Of a stretch of 41,565 bases of DNA, positions 16,967 to 26,175 are shown piece by piece. The notes under the pieces were generated by a model that worked only from the letters and a program-made list of their open reading frames with translations, searched no databases and was not told where the DNA came from. Location: assembly GCA_040756235.1 (NCBI GenBank), contig JBFLZG010000014.1, forward strand, positions 1 to 41,565, read 5' to 3'. How positions within the stretch are numbered: position 1 is the first letter of the stretch; each line of letters begins with the position of its first letter. Made by a program: the position numbers and the translations under genes. The stretch is from a bacterium (GTDB lineage Bacteria > Desulfobacterota > DSWW01).

Positions 16967-17557
16967 CTACTCGCTTGCGCTCCTTGCCACCATGTTCTCG
17001 ACTTTGCTGGCCGCGTAGAATGCGCCGATCGCCATCACGGCGACCGCAAACACCATGATCCCCGACGGGATGTGCAAGTACTGTCCCAGGAGGATGCGTC
17101 CCATCGCGCCGCTGCTGTAAAGCTTCTCCAGACTCGCATAGTTGAGGGTGAACAGGGCCGAGCCCGCAAGGATGCCGAAAACGAACAGCAGCCCGTCGAT
17201 CTTGCCGCTCACCGCGGCCACGATCGAGGTGCCCGGACAGTACCCGATGAAGCCCGCCCCCAGCAGGAGCCCGCCCACCAGTTGGGGAAGAAGAAACGTG
17301 TCGAGGATGCCGATACTGCTGAGCGGCATGACCCCGGCCAGGTCCAGCCAGTAGAGGCCGATCATGCCGGTCACGATGGCGGTGAACATGACGCGCAGGA
17401 CGCGGAAATCCCGGCCGTAAAAGATCGCGGCCAGGTTGTCGGCGCGGCCGAAGCCGGCCCGCTCCAGCACGAAGCCGAAGCCTGCGCCTACCAGCACCGC
17501 AATCGACATCTCAGTCGCGTGCCCCAGGTTCAAGACGAGACTGAGCGGTCCTTCCAT
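16967..17557 (-). CDS. YeeE/YedE sulfur transporter family protein
   Basis: GFGFVLERAGFG, LRVMFTAI, GGLLLGAGF and GYCPGT. Confidence 0.85.
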   Translation of the reverse strand: MEGPLSLVLNLGHATEMSIAVLVGAGFGFVLERAGFGRADNLAAIFYGRDFRVLRVMFTAIVTGMIGLYWLDLAGVMPLSSIGILDTFLLPQLVGGLLLGAGFIGYCPGTSIVAAVSGKIDGLLFVFGILAGSALFTLNYASLEKLYSSGAMGRILLGQYLHIPSGIMVFAVAVMAIGAFYAASKVENMVARSASE

Positions 17558-17599
17558 CTCGATTCCCTCCACGATGGTTGCGAGCGTGTCGGGGAGGCT

Positions 17600-17702
17600 G
17601 TCACCCCTCACCTTGATCCTCTCCCCTCAGTGAGGGGAGAGGAGAGGGCCGACCGAGTCATACCCTCGCCCCCGCAGGGGGAGAGGGCCAGGGTGAGGGG
17701 GC
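17600..17702. repeat. Family C palindromic repeat between the two yeeE genes
   Basis: Near-identical to 11059-11160. Confidence 0.85.
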
Positions 17703-17710
17703 GGCATGCC

Positions 17711-18227
17711 CTAGATCCATTGCTTTCTGAGAAAATACGCGAGCCCGTAAGCGCCGGCGAACACGCTCAGCATGAACACCCCAGCTGCCCAGGGCGAGCT
17801 GAGCGCCTCCGGTGACGGCCTGGCCGCTGGTGCAGCCGCGGGCGAGCTGGGCAGCAAAGCCGCTCAAGGCGCCCCCGGCAAACGCCAGCACCCAGCGGCT
17901 CTCGCGGTCGAACCTCGGCCCATGGATCGTCTCGACCTGAAAGCGCCGGCCGGTCAGGGTGCCGATCGCGCCCCCTGCCACGACGCCGGCTGCAAGGAAG
18001 ACGATCCAGGCGTCGAGCGCGCTCCGCCCCGGCTGGAAATACGGGGCGATGTGCGGGTGCTCTTCGGCATAGGTGGGATTCACCCGATGGATGGCGGCGG
18101 CCTGCGGGTGCTTGAAGGCGCCGCTCGCCCCGAGTCCCTTGCCGGTGGCGACGAAGCTCGCCAGCAGCACCAGGCCGAGCGCGAAGCCGGCAACGTAAGG
18201 GTTCCAGAAGGGCTTCTCTGCTTGCAT
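17711..18227 (-). pseudogene. YeeE/YedE family protein, +1 frameshift
   Basis: WNPYVAG...LARGCTSG...LGSW. One extra G in the run at 17779-17782; removing it gives VFMLSVFAGAYGLAYFLRKQWI-stop. Length 517 = 3n+1. Confidence 0.8.
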
Positions 18228-18229
18228 GG

Positions 18230-18652
18230 TCACTTCTCCTTGCTTGCGGGGCGGGCGCGGCGCGCGACCCACTTGGCGTTGCGGCCTTGTGCAAACGTGC
18301 GGTCGATCCTCCCTGTGATCATGGACTTCAGGGCCGGCCGCTCTTCGCTGAGGACGGCCGCCATGGTGACGTGAACCGAAAGACCGACGAGCACCAGGGC
18401 TGCCGCGAGCTTGTGAAGGAGCATGGCCGAGGCGACAAGCCCCGGCGGCCCCAGGTGGAAGGACATCACCGACCCGGTGAGGACGATGATCGCCGTGGCG
18501 GCGAGTACGAGAAGAGCGAAGAGCTTCTGGCCCGCGTTGTACTTGTCTTGCGGAGGCAGGGGATCCGCCGGTGCCCCCAGCATTGCTCCGGGCTTCAGCC
18601 GCAGCCATCTCCGGTCCTCCCGGGTGAGCTTCACCTCCTCCAGAAGGTCGCG
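18230..18652 (-). pseudogene. 5'-truncated cytochrome b (FdnI/formate dehydrogenase gamma-like) membrane subunit
   Basis: PPQDKYNAGQK, two TM helices with His ligands (LLHKL, VHVTM) and LKSMITG. The N-terminal helices and a start are missing. Confidence 0.75.
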
Positions 18653-18781
18653 GGCTGTCCGGTTCGGAAACCCCGCTCCCCGGAACCGGCTTGTTCGCCC
18701 CAGGCATCGAAAAAATGAGCGGAATCTTCTGTTCAAACCGCGCCCGGGCACGGGCGCGTTCACATAGGACGGAGGTCTGTC

Positions 18782-20287
18782 ATGGCTGTCGTAAGAAAGC
18801 TGGAAATCGTGGAACCTGTAAAAGGGTTCATGTCAAAGCCGATCAAGATGCTCATCGGAGGCAAGTGGATGGACTCGGTCTCCGGCATGACCTTCCCCAC
18901 CTTCAACCCGGCCACCGAGGAGGAGATCACGCAGGTGGCCGAAGGCGTCAAGGAGGACATCGACGAGGCGGTCAAGGCGGCCCGCAGAGCTTTCGAGAGC
19001 GGCCCCTGGCCCAAGATGACCCCCTCCGAGCGTAGCCGTCTGATCTGGAAGCTCGCGGACCTGCTCGAGGCGCATCTGGAGGAGCTCGCCGAGCTGGAAA
19101 CGCTGGACAACGGGAAACCGATCACCATCTCCCGCATTGCCGACGTCCCGCTCGCCGCGGACCTGTTCCGCTACATGGCCGGCTGGGCCACCAAGGTCGA
19201 GGGGAACACGATCCCGATCTCGGTGCCCTATGCGCCGGGCGCGCGGTTCTTCGCCTATACCCTGCGGGAGCCGGTGGGGGTGGTCGGCGCGATCATCCCG
19301 TGGAATTTCTCGCTCCTCATGGCTGCGTGGAAGCTGGGCCCGGCGCTTGCTGCCGGCTGCACCGTGGTACTCAAGCCTGCCGAGCAGACCCCTCTCACCT
19401 CGCTGAGACTGGGCGAGCTCATCTTGGAAGCCGGGTTCCCGGAAGGCGTGGTGAACATCGTACCCGGGTACGGCGAGACGGCCGGCGCCGCGCTCGCGGC
19501 CCATCCGGACGTGGACAAGGTGGCCTTCACCGGATCGACCGAGGTCGGCAGGCTCATCCTGCAGGCGGCCGCCGGCAACTTGAAAAAGGTCAGCCTGGAG
19601 CTCGGCGGGAAGTCGCCGAACATCGTCTTCGCCGATGCCGACCTCGAGATCGCGACCCAGGGCGCCGCCAACGCCATCTTCTTCAATCACGGGCAGTGCT
19701 GCTGCGCCGGCTCGCGGCTCTTCATCGAGCAGAAGGCCTTCGACAAGGTGGTGGAGGGGATCGCCCACTACGCGAGCCAGATCAAGGTGGGGCCCGGCAT
19801 GGACCCGGCGACCGAGATGGGGCCTCTGGTCTCACGAGAGCAGTTGAACCGGGTGTGCCGCTACGTCGAATCGGGCTTCCAGGAAGGCGTGAAAGCGGTC
19901 GTCGGCGGACATCGGATCGGCGACAAGGGGTTCTTCTTCGAGCCGACCGTGCTCATCAACACGCGCAGGGACATGAAGGTCGAGCAGGAAGAGATCTTCG
20001 GGCCGGTGGTGTCGGCCACGCCGTTCAAGGACCTGGACGAGCTCGCCAGGGCGGCCAACGACACGATCTACGGCCTGGCGGCGGGCATCTGGACCCGGGA
20101 CGTGCAGACCGCCCACAGCCTGGCCGCGAAGCTGCGCGCCGGAACGGTCTGGATCAACTGCTACAACATCTTCGACGCGGCGCTGCCCTTCGGCGGCTAC
20201 AAGCAGTCCGGGTGGGGCCGCGAGATGGGCCACGACGCACTGGAGCTGTACACGGAGAAGAAGGCTGTGTGCCTGCCGGTGTCGTAA
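18782..20287 (+). CDS. NAD-dependent aldehyde dehydrogenase (phenylacetaldehyde dehydrogenase/DhaS-like)
   Basis: IIPWNF, KPAEQTP, FTGSTEVG, LELGGKSP, GQCCCAGSR, EEIFGPV and PFGGYKQSG. GGAGG RBS. Confidence 0.93.
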   Translation: MAVVRKLEIVEPVKGFMSKPIKMLIGGKWMDSVSGMTFPTFNPATEEEITQVAEGVKEDIDEAVKAARRAFESGPWPKMTPSERSRLIWKLADLLEAHLEELAELETLDNGKPITISRIADVPLAADLFRYMAGWATKVEGNTIPISVPYAPGARFFAYTLREPVGVVGAIIPWNFSLLMAAWKLGPALAAGCTVVLKPAEQTPLTSLRLGELILEAGFPEGVVNIVPGYGETAGAALAAHPDVDKVAFTGSTEVGRLILQAAAGNLKKVSLELGGKSPNIVFADADLEIATQGAANAIFFNHGQCCCAGSRLFIEQKAFDKVVEGIAHYASQIKVGPGMDPATEMGPLVSREQLNRVCRYVESGFQEGVKAVVGGHRIGDKGFFFEPTVLINTRRDMKVEQEEIFGPVVSATPFKDLDELARAANDTIYGLAAGIWTRDVQTAHSLAAKLRAGTVWINCYNIFDAALPFGGYKQSGWGREMGHDALELYTEKKAVCLPVS

Positions 20288-20376
20288 GGAGGCGCCCGGG
20301 CTACAGGCAGGCCGTCCGGGATTCGGAGGCCCCTGCGAAGCGAGCGATATCGGAATCCAGTTCCTGCTCCTCGTCT

Positions 20377-20401
20377 TGTAGGGGCGACCGGCGGTCGCCC
20401 C
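20377..20401 (+). repeat. GTAG-type REP
   Basis: TGTAGGGGCGACCGGCGGTCGCCCC hairpin. Confidence 0.7.
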
Positions 20402-20450
20402 TTCGGGATCGCGGCTCGCAGCTGCCCTGGCGGCTTGAAGGTAATGGGAG

Positions 20451-20522
20451 ATTGCGAGCGCAGCGAAGCAACCTCCTGGGCCTAGGGGGTTGCTTCGGTC
20501 GCCTGTGGCTCCCTCGCAATGT
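20451..20522. repeat. ATTGCGAG...CTCGCAAT palindromic repeat (family D)
   Basis: ATTGCGAGCGCAGCGAAGCAACCTCC...GGGGGTTGCTTCG...CCCTCGCAATG. Degenerate relative near 35846-35911. Confidence 0.6.
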
Positions 20523-20554
20523 CCGCAACGATTCGTGTCCTCGCACGCAGCGGT

Positions 20555-20700
20555 GCGGCCACATGCTTTCCGTCATGCGGCGACGGCCGGAATCCAGTCC
20601 CTGCACCCGGTTGCTACAGCTGGTCTGGGTGCACCCTTCTGGATCCCGGCTCCCATGCGCTCCGCAGCGGGGCCGGGATGACGAAATATGACACAGCCTC
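20555..20700 (+). mobile_element. Family B MITE, partial copy (left end lost)
   Basis: Aligns to the right two-thirds of 6731-6939, ends TATGACACAGCCTC and is followed by TTTCGCGGGAA as in copy 1. Confidence 0.75.
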
Positions 20701-20862
20701 TTTCGCGGGAAAGACGTCCTCTGTTCCGTCATTTGCCTTCTCGAAACCGGCGGCAGCACAATACTCGGAAGCAGGCGCTCGCCTCTGACTCACCTCTCGT
20801 TCTCGTGCACGGCGGTCGCAGCCGGTGCACGGAGATCGTGACGGCCGACGGAAGGAGGGAAC

Positions 20863-21831
20863 ATGGGAGAGATCCGCCATCTTTTCGTGGAGACGAACGG
20901 CATTCGGATGCACGCGGCCGAGCAGGGGAGGGGCCCGCTCGTCATCCTGTGTCACGGTTTTCCGGAGCTCTGGTACTCCTGGCGGCACCAGCTGCCGGCG
21001 CTCGCCGCAGCCGGTTACCGGGCCGTGGCGCCGGACCAGCGAGGCTACGGTCAGACGGACCGGCCCGAGCCGATCGAGGCGTACGACATCTTCCGGCTCA
21101 CCGGAGACATGGTGGGACTCGTTCAGGCCCTGGGCGAGCAGAAGGCCGTCATCGCCGGCCACGACTGGGGCGCCCCGGTCGCCTGGCACTGCGCCCTGCT
21201 CAGGCCGGACATCTTTCGGGCCGTGGTCCTGCTCAGCGTCCCCTTTCTTCCCAGGATTCCCGGCGACCTGCGGCCCACCGACCTCATGAAGTTGATGGCC
21301 GGAGACGAGAACGAGTTCTATCAGCTCTATTTCCAGGAGCCGGGCAAGGCCGAGGCCGAGCTGGAGGCGGACGTGGGCCGGACGATGCGGCTGGTCCTTT
21401 ACTCCCTCTCGGGAAATCCTCCGCCGGAGAAGCGCTGGCGCTTCATCTTCCCGAAGACCCAGAACTTCCTGGCTACTGCGACCGATCCGCACACCCTTCC
21501 TCCGTGGCTGACCGAGGAGGACCTCGGAGTCTTCACGCGGGAGTTCGAGCGAACGGGCTTTCGAGGGGGACTCAACTGGTACCGGAACATCGACCGCATG
21601 TGGGAGCTCACGCCTTTTCTGAACGGCGCCAGGCTCCGGCAGCCTTCCCTCTTCGTGGCGGGCGAAGAGGACTCGGTTATCACGATGTACCGCCAGGCCT
21701 TCGACACCCTCGAGGAGAACGCACCGGCACTGAAGAAGAAGGTGCTCCTCCCCGGCGCGGGCCACTGGGTCCAACAGGAGCGGCCTGAGGAGGTGAACCG
21801 GATCCTGATCGAGTTCCTGAAGGGGCTGTGA
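20863..21831 (+). CDS. Alpha/beta hydrolase, epoxide hydrolase EphA-like
   Basis: HGFPELWYSWRHQ, APDQRGYG, GHDWGA nucleophile, LNWYRN and GHWVQQE. Confidence 0.9.
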   Translation: MGEIRHLFVETNGIRMHAAEQGRGPLVILCHGFPELWYSWRHQLPALAAAGYRAVAPDQRGYGQTDRPEPIEAYDIFRLTGDMVGLVQALGEQKAVIAGHDWGAPVAWHCALLRPDIFRAVVLLSVPFLPRIPGDLRPTDLMKLMAGDENEFYQLYFQEPGKAEAELEADVGRTMRLVLYSLSGNPPPEKRWRFIFPKTQNFLATATDPHTLPPWLTEEDLGVFTREFERTGFRGGLNWYRNIDRMWELTPFLNGARLRQPSLFVAGEEDSVITMYRQAFDTLEENAPALKKKVLLPGAGHWVQQERPEEVNRILIEFLKGL

Positions 21832-21935
21832 CCGGGGCGCAGCGCGGAGCCGCCAAGCTGAAACGTCGTCCGAGCGGGCGACTCCATGTCCCACGGGCAG
21901 CCTCGTCAGCAGGGTGCAGCCGTGCAGCCGTTGTC

Positions 21936-21965
21936 GGTGGACACGCTTCGCTTGGTCCACCCTAC
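21936..21965 (-). repeat. GTAG-type REP (GTAGGGTGGAC...GTCCACC)
   Basis: GGTGGACACGCTTCGCTTGGTCCACCCTAC. Relatives at 32687-32715, 35533-35549 (half) and 36002-36033. Confidence 0.7.
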
Positions 21966-22023
21966 CCGGGTGCACCGTGCTCCTGCGCTGACTGAGGAGA
22001 GCAGGGACTGGATTCCGGCCTCC

Positions 22024-22232
22024 GAGGCTGTGTCACAATTCGTCATCCCGGCCCATGTGCGGAGCGCGTGCGAGCCGGGATCCGGAAGGGTGCACCAAGA
22101 CCAGCTGTGGTAACTGGGCGCAGGACTGGATTCCGGCCTTCGCCGGAATGACGGAAATCATGCGGCCGCGCCTCCGAGTCCTCCGGAATGAGTGGCCGCA
22201 CGAGGGTCTGACCGGATTTATGACACACCCTC
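22024..22232 (-). mobile_element. 209-bp MITE-like element, family B, copy 2, with CTCC target duplication
   Basis: GAGGCTGTGTCACAA...TTATGACACACCCTC. CTCC at 22020-22023 and 22233-22236. Inverted homolog of 6731-6939. Confidence 0.85.
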
Positions 22233-22348
22233 CTCCGCCGGAATGGCGGAAAGAGGACTCGACCGGGGTTCGCGCGGATGACGGCCTCTATTTCCGTCCT
22301 TCGAGGGTGCTCCCTCGAGCATGATGATTGCGCCCGAACGACGGTGTG

Positions 22349-23428
22349 CTACCCGTGGTGGGCCATGGCCTTCTGGACTTCCTGCAGGCAGGGGCCGGAG
22401 CCGGGCAAGCTCGACAGATGCGCCACCAGCTCGGCCAGCCGGTCATCCGTGAGCAGCTTCACGCGGAATCGCTCGAGCTCGATCGAGGCGAGCGCCAGAT
22501 AGCAGGCGCTGTGCAGGGCCCGGGCCGGATCCGGGCTGCGGAGTCCCTCCATCAGGCTCTCCAGGTTTTCGAAGAATTCCTCCCTCTCCCCGTTCACGTA
22601 CCGGTAGACCAGGGCCAGGGTGAGAAGGCCTCTGGCTTCCCAGAGGTGCGGATCCGCTGCGCAGGCGGCCCGCAGCAGGTCCGCGGCCTCGACCGGCTTG
22701 GTGCGTACTCCGAGTGCGCTGCGCTGCTCGAGGAAGTATCGCCCGTATTCCATGAGAACGTCCGGCCTGGCTTCGGCCATGTTCCCGCACAGCCACAGCC
22801 AGCTCCACGCTTTCCCGCGGGCGTCGGGCACGAGCGCGGCGTAACGGTTCTCCCCCCAGCCCGCACGTTGGACGACCTGAAACCGGTTCACCATCAGGAA
22901 TTCCCGGAACGGCTTCTCCTCGAACAGCTCGGGGTAGAAGAGGCGGGGCCAGTGGTGGATGAGGGGATTGGGGGTGCTCAGGACGAACCGCCCGCCCGGC
23001 TCGAGAACGCGCCGCACTTCCTCGAGCACAGACTGCGGATTGGCAAAGTGCTCGAAGACTTCGAAGGCAAACACGAGGTCGAAGCGAGCGTCAGGAAACG
23101 GAATTCCGTCCCGGTCCAGGTTGCCCAGGCGGATCTCGAGGCCGAGCTTCCTGCAGTTGCGCCGGGCCGAGGCCGAGACGTCGATCCCGTGGACCTCGTT
23201 GCGGTCCGCGAGCGGAAGCAGGATCCCGCCCTCGCCCCCGACCCCCAGCTCGAGCACGCGGCGGCCCTTCAGGCCGCCGGGGAAGAAGAGGTCGAGGACC
23301 GCCCCGTTGCGCCGCCGGGTCTCTTGCGAAACGCTGCCCCCTTCTCCCCAGTAGCCCGCATAATAGCTGGCAGCGTCCGAGGACAGCTCCGATACGTGCT
23401 TTCCGACGATCCCGATCACGTCTCCCAT
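22349..23428 (-). CDS. Class I SAM-dependent methyltransferase with helical C-terminal extension
   Basis: VLELGVGGEG, GIDVS, FDLVFAFEVFEH and LEPGGRFVLSTPN. GGAGG RBS. Confidence 0.82.
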   Translation of the reverse strand: MGDVIGIVGKHVSELSSDAASYYAGYWGEGGSVSQETRRRNGAVLDLFFPGGLKGRRVLELGVGGEGGILLPLADRNEVHGIDVSASARRNCRKLGLEIRLGNLDRDGIPFPDARFDLVFAFEVFEHFANPQSVLEEVRRVLEPGGRFVLSTPNPLIHHWPRLFYPELFEEKPFREFLMVNRFQVVQRAGWGENRYAALVPDARGKAWSWLWLCGNMAEARPDVLMEYGRYFLEQRSALGVRTKPVEAADLLRAACAADPHLWEARGLLTLALVYRYVNGEREEFFENLESLMEGLRSPDPARALHSACYLALASIELERFRVKLLTDDRLAELVAHLSSLPGSGPCLQEVQKAMAHHG

Positions 23429-23878
23429 GTGCGCCTCCCGGCAGCGATGGTGCGCCTGCGGCCTCCTTGTACTTGTTCGGGCGCAGCAGCCAAAAACTTG
23501 AAACCGGCCGAAAACCTCCCAGGACCGATTCCCGGCCGGCGCCCTCGGAATTCATGAATCCGGCCCCGAGTGTTCGGTTCGGGACCGGCTGCACTCCTCG
23601 AATATTCGCCTCCGGTGCATGCAAGGCCTCTCTCCCTGATCGGACCTCTTCGAGCCTGGCCTGAAACAGGCCGTTTTGGGCCCTCCGCAGGGAGCGGAAG
23701 GCAGGCAGCGGCACTCGCCTGGGCATGAATCAAAACATCGTCTCTGACACTGCCGCTGCAGAACCTGTCGGTCCGGGCCGTGCATCGAAAGGGCAGGCTC
23801 CGGCTCCCGGCCGATCTTACGCCCCAAGTCAGCCGACTGCAGCTCCGAGCCGCATCGAACAAGGAGGGGATCTCGTCC

Positions 23879-25513
23879 ATGGCCGACCATCCTTCCATCG
23901 GGCAGTACCTGCTCCAGCAGCTCTATGAGCGTGGGGTCCGGCACGTTTTCGGAATCCCCGGAGATTACGTTCTCAAGCTTTACACGATCCTTCAGGCCGG
24001 GCCGATCCGGCACGTGGGCACCTGCAGGGAGGACGGCGCGGGTTTTGCGGCGGACGCGTACGCGCGGGTCAACGGCCTCGGCGCGGTCTGCATCACCTAC
24101 TGCGTGGGCGGGCTGAACACGGTCAATCCGGTGGCCGGCGCCTACGCGGAGAAGTCGCCGGTCGTCGTGATCAGCGGCGCACCGGGGCTGAAAGAGCGCG
24201 TTCGCAGCCCTCTGCTGCACCACCGGGTGCGCGACTTTTCGACCCAGCTGGACATTTTTTCCCACATCACCGTGGCCCACACGGCCCTGGAAGACCCCGA
24301 CAGCGCCTATGGTGAAATCGACCGGGTCCTGGACGCGGTCGAGCGCTACAAGAGACCCGGCTACATCGAGATCCCCTGGGACCTGGTGGAGTCGGTGCGC
24401 CCTCACCGGCGGCGGCCCATGGACCTGGCCGAGCTGACCGACCCGCGCTCGCTCGAGGCGTGCATCGAGGAGGCCTGCGCCATGATCGAGTCGGCCGAGA
24501 GGCCGGTGATCCTCGCCGGGGTCGAAGTCCACCGCTTCGGTTATCAGGACGCGCTGATCGCGTTCGCCGAAAAGAAGAACATTCCCATCGCGTCCACAAT
24601 TCTGGGCAAGTCCGTCGTCAGCGAGGAGCACCCCCTCTACGTCGGCGTCTATGAAGGGGCCATGGGCAGGTCGGAAGTGCAGGAGTTCGTGGAGTCTTCG
24701 GACTGCGTGATCCTTCTGGGCGCCTTCATGACCGACATCAACCTGGGCATCTACACCGCCCGGCTGGATCCCGGTCAGGCGATCTATGCCACGTCCGAAC
24801 GGGTCTCCGTCAAGGATCGTTCGTTCCAGGGGGTCCCGTTCCGCTCCTTCATGTCCGCCTTGCTCCAGGCGCGGATCGGGAGGCGGCCCGCGCCCCGATT
24901 GCCCGTCCCGCCCGGGTCCGCGGACAGCGCAACGGACCCCGACGCCCCGATCCGGATCCGCTCGCTCTTCCAGGTGGTCGACGAAATGCTGCGGGATGAC
25001 ACCATCGTCGTATCGGACGTCGGCGACTGCCTGTTCGGTTCCGTGGACCTTACCATTCACCGCAAGACCGAGTTTCTCTGTCCGGCCTATTACGCCTCCA
25101 TGGGCTTCGGGGTACCGGGCTCCATCGGAGCCCAGCTGGCCGACCCCAGACTCAGGCCCCTGGTCCTCGTGGGGGATGGGGCCTTCCAGATGACCGGGCT
25201 GGAGCTGTCGACGGCCGCGCGGCTCGACCTCGACCCGATCGTCGTGGTACTGAACAACTGCGGCTACAGCACGGAGCGCCAGATCACCGACGGCCCTTTC
25301 AACGACATCCGCCGCTGGGATTACGCCCGCGTGCCGGATCTCCTGGGCGCCGGGCGGGGTTTCGTGGTGCGCACGCCGTCGGAGCTGCGCCGCGCCCTGA
25401 AGGCCGCCCAGGAAGAGCGGGGCACGTTCACCGTGGTGGACGTGCGCCTCGACCCCTATGACAAGTCTCCGGCCATGGCGCGTCTGGCGGAGCGGCTGGC
25501 CAGCCGGACGTGA
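23879..25513 (+). CDS. TPP-dependent 2-oxoacid decarboxylase (indolepyruvate/phenylpyruvate decarboxylase family)
   Basis: FGIPGDY, EDGAGFAADAYAR, LLHH and GDGAFQMTG...LNN. AAGGAGG RBS. Confidence 0.9.
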   Translation: MADHPSIGQYLLQQLYERGVRHVFGIPGDYVLKLYTILQAGPIRHVGTCREDGAGFAADAYARVNGLGAVCITYCVGGLNTVNPVAGAYAEKSPVVVISGAPGLKERVRSPLLHHRVRDFSTQLDIFSHITVAHTALEDPDSAYGEIDRVLDAVERYKRPGYIEIPWDLVESVRPHRRRPMDLAELTDPRSLEACIEEACAMIESAERPVILAGVEVHRFGYQDALIAFAEKKNIPIASTILGKSVVSEEHPLYVGVYEGAMGRSEVQEFVESSDCVILLGAFMTDINLGIYTARLDPGQAIYATSERVSVKDRSFQGVPFRSFMSALLQARIGRRPAPRLPVPPGSADSATDPDAPIRIRSLFQVVDEMLRDDTIVVSDVGDCLFGSVDLTIHRKTEFLCPAYYASMGFGVPGSIGAQLADPRLRPLVLVGDGAFQMTGLELSTAARLDLDPIVVVLNNCGYSTERQITDGPFNDIRRWDYARVPDLLGAGRGFVVRTPSELRRALKAAQEERGTFTVVDVRLDPYDKSPAMARLAERLASRT

Positions 25514-25651
25514 AAGATCTAAAGGGCTGAAGACGCCACGATCATCCTGGCGGGGGCTCGTGGAAGATGGGTAGGCCTACGAGCGTATGCTCTTCGGCAA
25601 GACCTTCGGCACGGAGATGGGCATTGTAAGGACGGGGTCAGGGGATCTTCC

Positions 25652-25867
25652 TCAGTCGATCACTTCCGCCAGGTGCTTGTTGGAGATGATCAACTGATTT
25701 ACAACCGACGAGACGTCTGTCTTCTTTTTCCGAGCAATGCGCTGAACGAAAGCCAAAGCCTCCTCGTCGAGATAGACGGGAAGCCTGAGGCGGAGTCCGG
25801 GACGAAAGAACTTGCCTCGAGTGGCGCTGGAGAAATCATATTCCTTTTTCATGTTTTCATTTGGCAT
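25652..25867 (-). CDS. BrnA-like / CopG-type antitoxin
   Basis: MKKEYDFS..RGKF and PVYLDEE...VNQL. Overlaps the 3' end of brnT. Confidence 0.78.
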   Translation of the reverse strand: MPNENMKKEYDFSSATRGKFFRPGLRLRLPVYLDEEALAFVQRIARKKKTDVSSVVNQLIISNKHLAEVID

Positions 25868-26162
25868 AGAACTGTCTTTCTTTTCTTGTCGTCCGGCGGC
25901 TCGAGATGATGCGAACACGGTATCGTCTGCGGTCGATCTCTTCAAAAGTATGACAGACCACAAGAAGACGACCGCCGGATGAGAACCCCATTGTTATCCA
26001 TCGGTCCTCCACTTCGCTATGTTCGGAATCATATACGGACAAGGCACCTGAGTCGAGGAAGACCGTAGCCGCTTCCTCGAATCCGACCCCGTGCTTGCGA
26101 TGATTCATCCTCGCCTTTAGCGGATCCCACTCAAAATCGTAGATGCTCGTGGGGCCTGCCAT
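25857..26162 (-). CDS. brnT: BrnT family RNase toxin (DUF497)
   Basis: FEWDPLKARMNHRKHGVGFEEA, EDRWITMG and RIISSR. Confidence 0.9.
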   Translation of the reverse strand: MAGPTSIYDFEWDPLKARMNHRKHGVGFEEAATVFLDSGALSVYDSEHSEVEDRWITMGFSSGGRLLVVCHTFEEIDRRRYRVRIISSRRTTRKERQFYAK

Positions 26163-26175
26163 GTCTCGCTCCTGC

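Noticed and set aside
23560..23800. Possible riboswitch (glycine-like GGAGAGA on minus, TPP-like GAACCTG on plus, hairpin GCAGCGGCA/TGCCGCTGC)
   Set aside because: The required partner motifs (CTCTCAGG; CTGAGA) are missing. An Rfam scan would be needed.
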